A program made the translations under genes and the position numbers. The notes beneath the pieces are model-generated. The model had not been told where the DNA came from and ran no database searches. It was given only the letters and a program-made list of their open reading frames with translations. Shown here one piece after another: positions 22,014-32,131 of a stretch of DNA of 64,000 nt; position 1 is the stretch's first letter, and every line of letters starts with the position of its first letter. The stretch is taken from positions 124,001-188,000 of the forward strand of contig CAXXQE010000001.1 in NCBI GenBank assembly GCA_963665615.2. Reading direction: 5' to 3'. The DNA comes from Syntrophales bacterium. Its GTDB lineage: Bacteria > Desulfobacterota > Syntrophia > Syntrophales > UBA4778.

Positions 22014-23045
22014 ATGAAAATGTATTTCGACAAGGACAATGGTTCGATCGACGAATTGATCCGGCAGCTGATCGAGGCCGCCGGCGACATTCGGCGTCCC
22101 GAGTACATCCGAGAGATGATTCTGGCTGCACTCAAAGCCGGGCAGGAGGACGATACGCGGGCCGATCTCAAGCTCATGAACACGACGCTCAAAGAGATGC
22201 GTTTCACCTCGAAGATCTTCGGGCCCTATCGGCATGTCCGCAAGGTTACGGTCTTCGGCTCCGCGCGCACTGAGCCGGGTGATCCGGTTTACGAAATGGC
22301 GCGCCGTTTCGGTGAGAAGCTGGTCGAGGCGGGCTACATGATCATCACCGGGGGCGGCGAGGGGATCATGCACGCCGCCAACGAGGGGGCGGGCTCCGAG
22401 CATTCCTTCGGGGTCAACATCCGGCTACCCTTCGAACAGAAGCCCAACCTCGTGCTGGTGGGCAATCCCCGGGTCATTACGTACAAGTATTTTTTCAACC
22501 GCAAGGTGGCCTTTCTGAAGGAGTCGGATGCCGTGGCGCTCTTCCCCGGCGGGTTCGGCACACTCGACGAGGCGATGGAAACCCTGACCCTCATGCAGAC
22601 CGGAAAGCACAATCCCATACCCCTGGTGCTTGTAGACAGTCCGGACGGCTCTTACTGGTCGCAGATCATCAAGCTCTTCCAGGACCAGCTCCTGGCACAC
22701 GGCTATATCGCCGAAACAGATTTCGCCCTCTTCGAACATGTCTGCTCCGTTGAGGACGCGGTGGAACGGATCCGGCGCTTTTATCGGCGCTATCACAGCA
22801 TCCGGCATGTACAGGGAAAAGTTGTCATCCGCATGACCACTCCCCTGGAGGCCGATCAGATCAAGCTGCTCAACGATCGCTTTCAGGATGTCCTGATGCG
22901 CGACGGTCGAATCGTGGCGTCGGGACCCCTCGAAGATGAGATTGAAGATGCCGACATGGTGGAACTGCCGCGCCTGGTGATTGACTTCAACCGCAAGAGC
23001 TTCGGCAGACTGCGGAGTCTTATCGATGTGATTAACGATATGTAA
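22014..23045 (+). CDS. LOG family protein (TIGR00730-like)
   Basis: VFGSAR, ITGGGEGIM, RKVAF, PGGFGTLDE. Confidence 0.88.
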   Translation: MKMYFDKDNGSIDELIRQLIEAAGDIRRPEYIREMILAALKAGQEDDTRADLKLMNTTLKEMRFTSKIFGPYRHVRKVTVFGSARTEPGDPVYEMARRFGEKLVEAGYMIITGGGEGIMHAANEGAGSEHSFGVNIRLPFEQKPNLVLVGNPRVITYKYFFNRKVAFLKESDAVALFPGGFGTLDEAMETLTLMQTGKHNPIPLVLVDSPDGSYWSQIIKLFQDQLLAHGYIAETDFALFEHVCSVEDAVERIRRFYRRYHSIRHVQGKVVIRMTTPLEADQIKLLNDRFQDVLMRDGRIVASGPLEDEIEDADMVELPRLVIDFNRKSFGRLRSLIDVINDM

Positions 23046-23071
23046 TCCAGGGTCTTCCGGGTCGGCGCCGA

Positions 23072-25141
23072 TCAGTGCGCACGATTTGCGACCTGCTGGG
23101 TCGGCGGCAGAGTGAACATGTCGAACAGGACATTGACGCTTTCTTTCACGAAAGGCGCCTGCTGCTCCTGTATCTGGATTCGAAGCTCGGACGGCTGCTT
23201 CGACTTTTTGTCGCCTTTTTCCTTTTCCATTTCCTGGCGCAGATCCGCCAGCCGAACGATGCCTTTTCTGCGTGCGGCCTCCTCGTTCTTTTGGATGATC
23301 TCGGTGAATTTTGCGTCCTTTGCGACCCGCGCCTTTGACCTGGCGGCCAATTCTGCTAAAAGCGATGGTTCAAGCGGTTTCCAGAGAGGCTGGCCGTTTG
23401 ACGGCATGGCGAGAAAAGGCGCAATGGACTGAACCGGCAGTGCATAATCCATCTCCAATTCTCCGAAGTCGTCGAAGCTGAATCCGTCGGGCAGTTGTAC
23501 ATTGGACGCCACGCCCATCTTTTGGGTCGATTTGCCGCCGGGCAGGAAATACAGTCCCGTTGTGACCTTCATGGCCCCCAGACCGCTGGCCAACCCGATT
23601 AATTGCTGCACAGAGCCCTTGCCGAAGGTGTGGTCCGACCCCACGATTACTGCACGGCGATAATCCTTGAGCGCGCCGGCCGCAATCTCGCTGGCCGAAG
23701 CGCTCAGGCGGCTTGTAAGCACGACAAGCGGACCCGTATAGAACGCACGGGGGTCCTCAAGGGGAACAGAGAGCACCTCGCGCTTGTCGTTCTTGAGGGC
23801 CGGCGTCTCGCCGTTTGCCAGGATCGTCACCTGTCCGTTGCTGTCTTTCGTCGCCACGATCGCGCCTCTGCCGATAAAGAGACCGCTCATCTGCACGGCC
23901 TCCGCAAGCAGACCGCCGCGGTTGCGCGACAGATCAAGCACCATGCCGTCAACGCGTCGCTTTTTGGCCTCCGCAAGCAGGTTCTTGACATCCTCGAAGC
24001 AGGACTTTCCCGTCTCATCATCGCCGTAAAAGGACGGCAGGTCGATGATGCCGAACAGATACGTCCGGTTGTTGCGCGTCCGCGTTTGATAGGTGATCTT
24101 GGCCGCCTGCTCTTTGAGATCGATCTTGTCGCGCGTGATCGTCACGTTGAAGCGCTCCGTACGCTCCGCCTGCCGTAAAATGGTCAGCGTCACTCGCGTG
24201 CCCTTTTTGCCGCGAATCATCTTGATCACATCGCGGAGGTCCATGTCGATGACATTGACCGGTTTTTCCCCTTCCTGAGCCACAGCGATAATCTTGTCCT
24301 TCGGCTTGAGCCGTCCCGAACGCTCCGCGCCTCCGCCGGGAATCAGTTCCTCAATGACCGTAAAACCGTTATCACTGCTGAGTGAGGCGCCGATTCCTTC
24401 CAGCGAAAGCTGCATGTGGATCTGGAAATCTTCCAGATTTTCCGGTGAGAGGTAACTTGAGTGCGGATCCAGGGCCAGGGCGAATGACTCGGCAAAGGTC
24501 GTGACCAGTTTGCCCGGATTCTCATCGAGCACGCGTTTGCTCTGGAGTTCGTAACGATGGATCTGCTGCTTTTTGGCCTCTGCCAGATCGGTTCCCGCCA
24601 GCAAGGCATTTTCAATCTGGAATTGCACGACCGTTCTGAGCACCTGCAGTTTGTCCCCAGGCGTCTTCAGATAGGGCCGCTTGGTCACGTCCGTGTTCAA
24701 CTCAACGGTCTCATCGCGCTTGTAGTCCGGCCCCAGAATTGTCCGGACCATGTCCTCGTTTTCACGCACCCGCGCGACCAGCACATTGTATACCTCATTG
24801 AGCGCGATGCAGTTGCCCGACTGAATGCCTGCAAACATGTCCTGCAGCATCGGCTTGAGTCGCTGCACATCCGATTCGTACAAGAGCGTCTTCATGGGAT
24901 CCAGCGCCTTGAGCATCTGGTCCGCTGCATGCGTCTGGATCTCAGCCGTCATCGTCTTCATCGCGTAGTGCTTGGTCAGGAAGCTCTTCATCAGGAGCGG
25001 CAAGCGACTGCACGTCAAATCGGCGGCGCCAGACGAGACCGGCAGAAGCAGTATCAATGCGACGATCAGCAGAAGGCGTTTGATCCGGTTGCTGCTGCGC
25101 AGCATGCAATAGTTACGTTTAAGGGTTGAACGGTCGAACAT
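23072..25141 (-). CDS. C-terminal processing peptidase (Prc/Tsp, S41)
   Basis: DPHSSY, PDZ (LEGIGA), DLSRNRGGLL, SASASEI, TFGKGSVQ. Start may be downstream of 25141. Confidence 0.9.
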   Translation of the reverse strand: MFDRSTLKRNYCMLRSSNRIKRLLLIVALILLLPVSSGAADLTCSRLPLLMKSFLTKHYAMKTMTAEIQTHAADQMLKALDPMKTLLYESDVQRLKPMLQDMFAGIQSGNCIALNEVYNVLVARVRENEDMVRTILGPDYKRDETVELNTDVTKRPYLKTPGDKLQVLRTVVQFQIENALLAGTDLAEAKKQQIHRYELQSKRVLDENPGKLVTTFAESFALALDPHSSYLSPENLEDFQIHMQLSLEGIGASLSSDNGFTVIEELIPGGGAERSGRLKPKDKIIAVAQEGEKPVNVIDMDLRDVIKMIRGKKGTRVTLTILRQAERTERFNVTITRDKIDLKEQAAKITYQTRTRNNRTYLFGIIDLPSFYGDDETGKSCFEDVKNLLAEAKKRRVDGMVLDLSRNRGGLLAEAVQMSGLFIGRGAIVATKDSNGQVTILANGETPALKNDKREVLSVPLEDPRAFYTGPLVVLTSRLSASASEIAAGALKDYRRAVIVGSDHTFGKGSVQQLIGLASGLGAMKVTTGLYFLPGGKSTQKMGVASNVQLPDGFSFDDFGELEMDYALPVQSIAPFLAMPSNGQPLWKPLEPSLLAELAARSKARVAKDAKFTEIIQKNEEAARRKGIVRLADLRQEMEKEKGDKKSKQPSELRIQIQEQQAPFVKESVNVLFDMFTLPPTQQVANRAH

Positions 25142-25293
25142 GCCTTATTTTCTTCCCGGCCGCGAGGCCTTGAGGTGTTTTGCGTACAAGTTCACCGATT
25201 GTGACGGTCGGCAGGGGTTCTGTCAAGGGGAAAGGGGGCCGCTACGTGGTAGTTTGCGGCGGCCGACGTCGCAGTATAGGTGACGGGCAACGG

Positions 25294-25503
25294 GTGATGG
25301 CCTCGCAAAAAGTCACGACTTGAAGCATGAGAAGAGGATGGCGGCACGGTTCTCTGCCGCTCAGAAATCTTTTTCCGTCATGTTCGGCGCCGGATTGCCT
25401 ATACCGTCGGGTCGGAAAAATCTTTGATTCGCGTTCGAGACCCATCCCGCCATCCTCTTGCTTTATGATCGACGCGTGATTTGACTTTTTACGGAACCAT
25501 CAC
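25294..25503 (+). mobile_element. MITE-like element, family B, copy 1
   Basis: Imperfect 22-bp TIR GTGATGGCCTCGCAAAAAGTCA / TGACTTTTTACGGAACCATCAC; core shared with ~36500-36605. Confidence 0.7.
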
Positions 25504-25597
25504 GGATGACAAGCGAAAAAGCATCAGGTTGCAGGCCAGACGCAGTGCTGCGGCGATTTAACTGAAACCGAGTTGACAACTTGATCAGAAGTTCCGC

Positions 25598-26650
25598 TCA
25601 GGTCTTTGGTGATTGAGAAGCCGCCAGGAAATTCTTCCGGCCTTCCTCATACCAGCAGGCGCTTTCCGCCACCATCTCCCGAATCGGCAGATTGAAGGGG
25701 CACCGGGACTCACAGTCGCCGCACTGCGTGCAGTTGGCAGCCTTGGCCAGGGCTGCGCCGATCCAGCCGGTAAAGACCGTCTCTGCCGCGAAGCGTTTCT
25801 CAAAGCTCCCCGCATGCATCACCAGCGAGATCGGGATCTCCGCAGGGCAGGGCTGGCAGTAGTCGCAGCGCCGGCAGAACCGTGGCCCCAGTTTTTTCCG
25901 GATGCTTTCCATTTCCGCCCGCTCCGCGTCCGTCAGCGTCGCCGGGCTATTCATGATCGCCACAATCTCGTCGATCTCTTGCAGCTTCTCGATTCCCGGA
26001 ATGAGCGCCATGTCGGGAAACTGCATCAAGTACTTGAAGGCCAGCGTTGCATCCTCCAGCACCCCTCCCGCCAGCGGCTTCATGCAGATAAAGCCCACGT
26101 CGTGTTTTTCGCACAGGGGCAACAGTTCGTCGAGCGGCTCCGGCGTGACAAAGTTAAATGGAAACATCATGGTCTCGAACTGATCCGTCTTGACCGCAGC
26201 AATGGCCGTATCCATCTGGTGCGACGTGATGCCGATATGTTTGATCCGGCCGTCTCGCTTCGCCGCCAGCGCCACCCCCATCGGTCCCGACGGGTCGAGC
26301 ACTGCCTCCAGCGCCTTGGCGTCGCTCACATTGTGAAACTGATAGAGGTCGATGCAGTCGATCTGGAGCCGTTCCAGACTCAGCGCCAGGTGCTCCTCGA
26401 CGCCTGCACGCGTCCGGGCCTGCGTCTTCGTGGCAATGACAAGCCCCTCTCGCCGCCCCGCGATCGCCTTGCCGATGCGGGCCTCGCTCGTTGTATAGGC
26501 ATTGGCCGTATCGATGAAATTGATTCCGAGATCCAGACACCGCCTGACGATGGCGATAGCCTCCTCTTCGGAGTCCCGCTGAATCGGAATCCCGCCGAAA
26601 CCGAGCCGGGTAATCTGCAGATTGGTTTTGCCGAGTCTGATTTTTTCCAT
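25598..26650 (-). CDS. Aldo/keto reductase with C-terminal 4Fe-4S domain
   Basis: RLGFGGIPIQR, FIDTANAY, MKPLAGG, CRRCDYCQPCP and CTQCGDCESRCP. Confidence 0.9.
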   Translation of the reverse strand: MEKIRLGKTNLQITRLGFGGIPIQRDSEEEAIAIVRRCLDLGINFIDTANAYTTSEARIGKAIAGRREGLVIATKTQARTRAGVEEHLALSLERLQIDCIDLYQFHNVSDAKALEAVLDPSGPMGVALAAKRDGRIKHIGITSHQMDTAIAAVKTDQFETMMFPFNFVTPEPLDELLPLCEKHDVGFICMKPLAGGVLEDATLAFKYLMQFPDMALIPGIEKLQEIDEIVAIMNSPATLTDAERAEMESIRKKLGPRFCRRCDYCQPCPAEIPISLVMHAGSFEKRFAAETVFTGWIGAALAKAANCTQCGDCESRCPFNLPIREMVAESACWYEEGRKNFLAASQSPKT

Positions 26651-26781
26651 GTGTCTTTTCCTTTCCGAAGCAAAGCATCGGGGAAATGCTATACCGCCGT
26701 ACGAAAAAATGCAACCCCTTTCTTTGATCGGCCTTGAGAACATCCCTGCCGCGCGGCGCTTTTTGTGATATAAAAAAGCCG

Positions 26782-28249
26782 ATGAAATCCGAGCCCCTTA
26801 TCAAACTGAAGAGCACGTCACCATACGCCTTCGCGACACGTGGATCTTTCCGGATACCGACTAGGGAGATCGCAACCGGAGAAAACTGGGCCGTTCTGAG
26901 GGCCCGAACGGCTCCGGGAAGACCTCGCTGGTGCGGCTTCTCCTGGGCGAATTGCCCGCCTGTGCAGGGGGAACTCCTCCGGGCGTATGACCCGGATCAG
27001 TTCGTCATGGGCTACGTTTCGTTCGAATTGCAGGGACTGGTTCCTGAAGGGCGCGGACGCCGCCGACAAATCGGGAAAGGCGCTGGACATCCTCTTGAGC
27101 GGGCCTCTGTCCCGACCTGGCGTCGCCCGCTGTCTGCGCGACACTCGACCACCTCAAGATCCGGCCGTTATTGGAACGCCGTATCCGCGCCCTTTCGACC
27201 GGCGAGATGCGGCGGCTCTTGATCGCGCGGGCGCTGCTGAAGAAGCCCGACCTTTTCATCCTCGACGAACCCTTCAGCGGTCTGGACCGCGCTTCCCGCC
27301 GTCTGACCGCTGGAGATGATTGAAATCGCCGCCGCCGGGAAGACCCAGCTGATGCTCGTTACCAATCGCCCGGAAGAGATCCTCCCCTGCATGACTCACG
27401 TCGCCCAGCGTGAAGAACTGCCGGTTGATTCATCAAGGCGCGCGTGGCAGCCTGGACCGTCAAACTTTGGCAGCCCTGATACGATATCGAGGGCGCTGCC
27501 GCCGATCCCCGGTCGGTCGCTGGAAAGGCACGACCCACGGCCAGTCCAAAGGTGCTGGTCCGCATGAAGAAGGTCACCGTCGCCTACGGTAGCCGCAAGG
27601 TTCTCGACGGCATCGATTGGACGCATCCGCAAGGGAGAGCATTGGGCTGTGGTCGGTCCCAACGGAGCGGGCAAATCGACCTCTGCTCAACCTGATCAAT
27701 GGCGACAACACCCAGGGCTACGCCAACGAACTCTATCTGTTCGGAATGCGAAAAGGCACAGAGAGAAACCGTCTGGGAGATCAAGCAGCGGCTCGGCATC
27801 GTCTCCGAACGGCTCCAGTTCGCCTACCGACCGGACACCCCGGCCTCTCGATGCCGTGGCATCCGGGTTCTTCGATTCGAATGGACTCTACAGAATACCC
27901 ACACCCGCCCAGCGGGCCGAGGCCCGGCGCTGGATGGACCTTCTCGGCATCGCCCGTTTCGCCGACAAGCTCTTCGAACGGCTTTCGTTCGGGGAACGGC
28001 GGATGATCAACGATCGCACGGGCCGCTGTGAAGGATCCCGAACTCCTCCTGCTCGACGAGCCTTGCTCAGGGCTCGACCTGAGCAATCGCAAGCGCATCG
28101 CGCACATGATGGACGCCATCGCAAGCCGGGGTCGGACCACCCTCGTTTACGTGACCCACCACCCCGAAGACTTGCCTGCCTGCATCACCCACATGCTCGC
28201 GCTCGACGGCACGGGAAAGGTGCACCGGTCCAAGTTCCGAGAGGCATAA
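26782..28249 (+). pseudogene. ModF-like two-domain ABC ATP-binding protein, heavily frameshifted (pseudogene or sequence error)
   Basis: Fragments GPNGSGKTS, LSTGEMRR, LDEPFSGLD, GPNGAGKS, LSFGERR, LLLDEPCSGLD and VYVTHH lie in changing frames. Confidence 0.65.
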
Positions 28250-28265
28250 AGACTCGCGACCAATC

Positions 28266-28627
28266 TCATTCAGCCGCGGTCTGTCTCGTTCTTTTCTTGA
28301 GCCGGCCGATTTGATGGCACAGCGCCGTTGATCTTTTTCCGGTCATCCGCTTCCAGCGCCTGCACTTTCAGGTCTTTCAATTCGCGGATCCTGGCCTTGA
28401 GCTGCTCCTTGCTCAAGATGATCTTGTGATGGGTGTGTTTGTGCTTGACGTGCGGCTCGTCCTTGATGCCCTTGGCCTCCTTGATGAAGGCGACGAGTTC
28501 CTCCTTCTTCATGTCGTGGATCGCCCGCTCATGGGGGATCTCCGCGGCCATTTCCCGCAGTTCCTTGACCGTCAATTTGTCCAGGTGTTGTTCGTCGTGA
28601 TCTTTCTTGTGGGCCTCATTTCGACAT
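28266..28627 (-). CDS. Small basic His-rich protein with Rho N-terminal-like helical domain (frameshifts at both ends)
   Basis: GGAGG RBS; LDKLTVKELREMA...MKKEELVAFI, then a coiled-coil-like segment. Confidence 0.6.
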
Positions 28628-28867
28628 CGCGTATAGACCTCCTTCCTATCATGAGATTTGACATTAAGAAAATCGACTGGCAATGCAGAGACAGATGGAT
28701 ATTCTATATCATAACCGGAGGCCGCGCTTCAATCCGGGCGGGGCATGACCGGCGACCCTACGAACGAAATCAGGGTGATCGGTTTGTTTTGCGCGTTTCT
28801 TTCATATAAAATGGGGCAGCATGGGATTCAACCATACTGCCCCATTGAGTGTTGCAACTTTTTCGGG

Positions 28868-29469
28868 TTAGGATCTCTTTCTAATCGAAGCGAGTCCCAG
28901 AAGGCCCAGTCCCAGCAGGAGCAGTGAAGCGGGGTTCGGGAGCCGCAACCGGCGCTACGGCCGCGCCGCCGTAAATATGAAAATCATTGATGTCAGCAGC
29001 GACATAGCCGACGCTCTGAATCTTGATTGGTATGATAACCGTCGTTGAGGCCGGAGATGATCAACGTTGCCTCGTTTCCGGGCAGATCGTTTTTGCATGT
29101 CGAAGTTGTGGGCAAAAACCACGCCGTCAACCGAAAGATCGACGATTCCGTCATTCCAATCCGACTGCAGCATAAAAGCTACGGCCGTACTCTTTACATC
29201 AAAGGTGACCTGCGCATAGTTGCCGACGGAATAGAACCACATCAAGCTGCCGTGGGCAGTATAACCGCCGCCGCTTGCCCCGGATATCGTCCAAATGCCA
29301 TTGGAAATTGCCGGGAACGGCATCCTTGTAATCGAGGACTTGCCAGCCGCCGATTACATCGCCCACAGCGTAATCTCCGCTTCCCGGAACGATCGTGTAA
29401 GCCTGGGCGCTTGTGATCCCCACGACAAAGATGGCCATGAGCATAAGCAACAAAGGCAACTTTTTTCAT
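28868..29469 (-). CDS. PEP-CTERM sorting domain protein (several frameshifts)
   Basis: GGAGG RBS and ATG at 29469; signal peptide ending SAQA; reconstructed C-terminus HIYGGAAVAPVAAPEPASLLLLGLGLLGLASIRKRS* (TAA 28868-28870). Confidence 0.82.
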
Positions 29470-29529
29470 TACAACCTCCCTTCTTTGGCAATGCTTTTTG
29501 TAGTCAAATGGTATCTGTGCGCCATTTCC

Positions 29530-29545
29530 TACATGAAACATGCCA
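29530..29545 (-). promoter_or_regulatory. sigma54-like promoter (variant -12)
   Basis: Minus strand TGGCATGTTTCATGTA (GG-N10-GT) upstream of the PEP-CTERM gene. Confidence 0.5.
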
Positions 29546-29611
29546 GTATTTGTAACTTGTTTGTAATGATTAATGAAGAAAGTAAAGCAGGCGTCGAGGC
29601 CGCATTGAGGT

Positions 29612-29628
29612 TGTAAGTTTTGCCGACA
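29612..29628 (-). promoter_or_regulatory. TGT-N11-ACA enhancer box
   Basis: Minus strand TGTCGGCAAAACTTACA; a further near-match at 29711-29727. Confidence 0.7.
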
Positions 29629-29890
29629 CACAAAAAACGGGTCTTTCCCGTCATGTTAAATAAATTCAATGATTCAGAGTTGTTCCGCATGCCTGGCGGC
29701 CGTCCGTTCGTGTCGGTTTTCTTTTCATATCGGACCCTGTCATCGATCGCCGCTTTCAGGAGCGATCAGAGTTGTCTATGAAGCCGGGTTTCAACTCGAT
29801 AAAATATATGGAAAAGCGCTCCGGTTTCTCTGATACTGGCGGAGAAAGATCGCCGAACAGGCAAGCCTCATGCAGATCCAGGATTGAACC

Positions 29891-30347
29891 ATGACACGCA
29901 TCCTCATCGTTTACCATACACAAACCGGTCACACCGAAAAAATGGCCCTGGCCGTCGCCGAGGGCGCACGGGCTATCGAGGGCGTGGACGTCGTTCTGAA
30001 GAAGGCACGAGAGGCGACGCTTGACGATTTGCTGTCGTGCAACGGCCTGGCGATCGGCACCCCCCGAAAACTTCGGTTACATGTCCGGACTGATCAAGGA
30101 TTTTTTCGACCGCACTTTCTATGGGGCCGAGGACAAAGTCTTCCGCAAGCCTTATGTTGTCTTTATCAGCGCAGGCAACGACGGCTCCGGCGCCCTGTCA
30201 TCCATCGAGCGCATCGCCGCAGGCTACAAGTTCAAACGGGTCTTCGCGCCCGTCATCGCCAGGGGCGAGATCACCGAAGCCGTCCTCGATCAATGCCGCG
30301 AACTCGGCGGCACCCTGGCCGGCGGCTGCGCAATGGGGATCTATTAA
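29891..30347 (+). CDS. Flavodoxin/WrbA-like protein (frameshift in C-run ~30060)
   Basis: IVYHTQTGHTEKMA, then IGTP / ENFGYMSG, SAGNDG. Confidence 0.8.
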
Positions 30348-30363
30348 GCAGGACTCTTATTGC

Positions 30364-31274
30364 ATGAACGAACCTCTCTATCTTTCTCTGCATCGTGAAG
30401 GAAAATTGCAGGAGCGAATCGAGCGGGCGCTGGCGCTGATCTCCCCCGCCTGCCGGCTTTGTCCGCGCAACTGCGGCGTTGACCGCCTGGCAGGGCAAAC
30501 GGGCATCTGCCAAACCGGCGCCGAGGCGATTGTCGCGAGTTACGCGCCCCACTTCGGAGAGGAAGCGCCGTTCGTCGGGCGTTTTCGGCTCCGGGACCAT
30601 CTTTTTCAGCTCCTGCAATCTTCTGTGCACGTTCTGCCAGAACTTCGATATCATTCGACACCGGGCCGGCAAGTCTGCCGGACCCGACGACCTCGCGTCG
30701 ATCCATGCTCGATTTGAAGGCGATGCGCTGCCACAACATCAACCTCGTCACGCCGACCCACGTCGTGCCGCAGATTCTCGAAGCCCTGCCATCCGCCATT
30801 GAACAGGGCCTGGATCTGCCGCTGGTCTATAACTGCGGCGGCTATGAAAGCGTGGAGACCCTGAAGCTGCTGGACGGAATCGTCGATATCTACATGCCGG
30901 ATTTCAAATTCTGGGACAACCGCTGGGCCGAGCGCTTCTGCCGGGTCCCTGACTACCGCGAACGGGCGACCGCTGCCGTCCGGGAAATGCACCGCCAGGT
31001 GAGCGATCTCGTATTGGATGAAACAGGACTGGCTGTGCGGGGACTCCTCGTTCGCCATCTGGTCATGCCGGACGGGATCGCGGGAACGCCGGAGGTCATG
31101 GCATTTCTGGCCGGAGAGATTTCCCCGCACACCTATGTCAACATCATGGGGCAGTATCATCCCTGCGGCCTGGCGCGCCGCGACGACCGGATCAATCGGC
31201 CCATTACCGCGATAGAGCTTGCAACCGCCAAAGAAGCCGCCCGAAGGGCGGGGCTGCATCGGCTGGATGAATAA
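30364..31274 (+). CDS. Radical SAM protein, PflX-like (frameshifts)
   Basis: CRLCPRNCGV, HFGEE, GSGTIFF..CNLLCTFCQN, NINLVTPTH, YMPDFKF, RHLVMP. Confidence 0.85.
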
Positions 31275-31275
31275 A

Positions 31276-31356
31276 GCGGGGAAACGAGAGAATCACGACA
31301 AAACATCTTCCTTGGTCATCGGTGATTCACCGGAACTTGCTCCTGTGAGTCTTCTA
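31276..31356 (+). repeat. Dispersed ~80-bp palindromic repeat, family C, copy 2
   Basis: GCGGGGAAACGAGAGAATC...GATTCACCGGAACTTGCTCCTGTGAGTCTTC, matching 5128-5209. Confidence 0.75.
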
Positions 31357-31597
31357 CCAGGGGGAACCTGTCTGGCGGCTGCGTGATGGGAATATCCTGA
31401 TTTCAATAGAAAATTCCCTTAAAACTGACATAAATGCCTTGACTCGTCTGATACTTGGTTGTATTTTCCTCCCACTTGCAGTCAGATGTTGCGTGCTTTC
31501 AGTGGAAAGAGTTCCAGGGAGACCGGAAAAAGGAAAAAAGCTTTTCTCCTCGATTCCTGGAAGCATCGCCCCCTGGAGTGAGCGGCGTCAGCCGCTG

Positions 31598-31693
31598 TTT
31601 ACTCTTTACTGTTTTTGTTGTTCTTCACTGTTAACGGTTCACTATTTACTATTTACCGTTTTTTAGTTACTTGTTACCCGTTACTCGCCACTG
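31598..31693 (+). repeat. Degenerate heptamer tandem repeat
   Basis: Units TTTACTC, TTTACTG, TTCACTG, TTCACTA, TTTACTA, TTTACCG, GTTACTT, GTTACCC, GTTACTC. Confidence 0.7.
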
Positions 31694-31783
31694 TCTTTAA
31701 CAGCGGAAGGAATGCAAGATGATTCATTCGCCCCCGTTTTCTTGATCAAGAGAAGACGGGTTTTTTTGTTTATGGGGGTGCAA

Positions 31784-32131
31784 ATGAGCGATATTAAGGA
31801 TCTTACTGAAAAGATAAAAATGTTTCGGGACGAACGTGATTGGATGAAATTTCACAATCACAAAGATATGGCACTATCCCTAGTATTAGAGGCCGCTGAA
31901 TTACTCGAACACTTCCAATGGAAGTCGCCAGAGGAAGTGACTAGGCACATAGAACAATCCAAACCCGAAGTTGCAGACGAACTTGCAGATATAGCTATCT
32001 ATTTATTTGAATTGGCAGACAATATGGAAATAGATTTACACAAGGCGATTTCTGATAAAATGGACAAGAATGCACAAAAATACCCCGTTAACAAGGCAAA
32101 AGGATCTAACTTAAAATATAATAAATTATGA
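31784..32131 (+). CDS. MazG-like nucleotide pyrophosphohydrolase (dCTP pyrophosphatase-like)
   Basis: ERDWMKFH, EAAELLEHFQW, ADELADIAIYL, KNAQKYP. Confidence 0.88.
   Translation: MSDIKDLTEKIKMFRDERDWMKFHNHKDMALSLVLEAAELLEHFQWKSPEEVTRHIEQSKPEVADELADIAIYLFELADNMEIDLHKAISDKMDKNAQKYPVNKAKGSNLKYNKL

Noticed and set aside
25242..25445. Similar small ORFs at 25242-25445 and 36481-36729 as a protein family
   Set aside because: The similarity is explained by the family B DNA repeat; no consistent start or RBS.
31598..31693. CRISPR array
   Set aside because: Degenerate 7-mers with no repeat-spacer structure, and no cas genes in the window.
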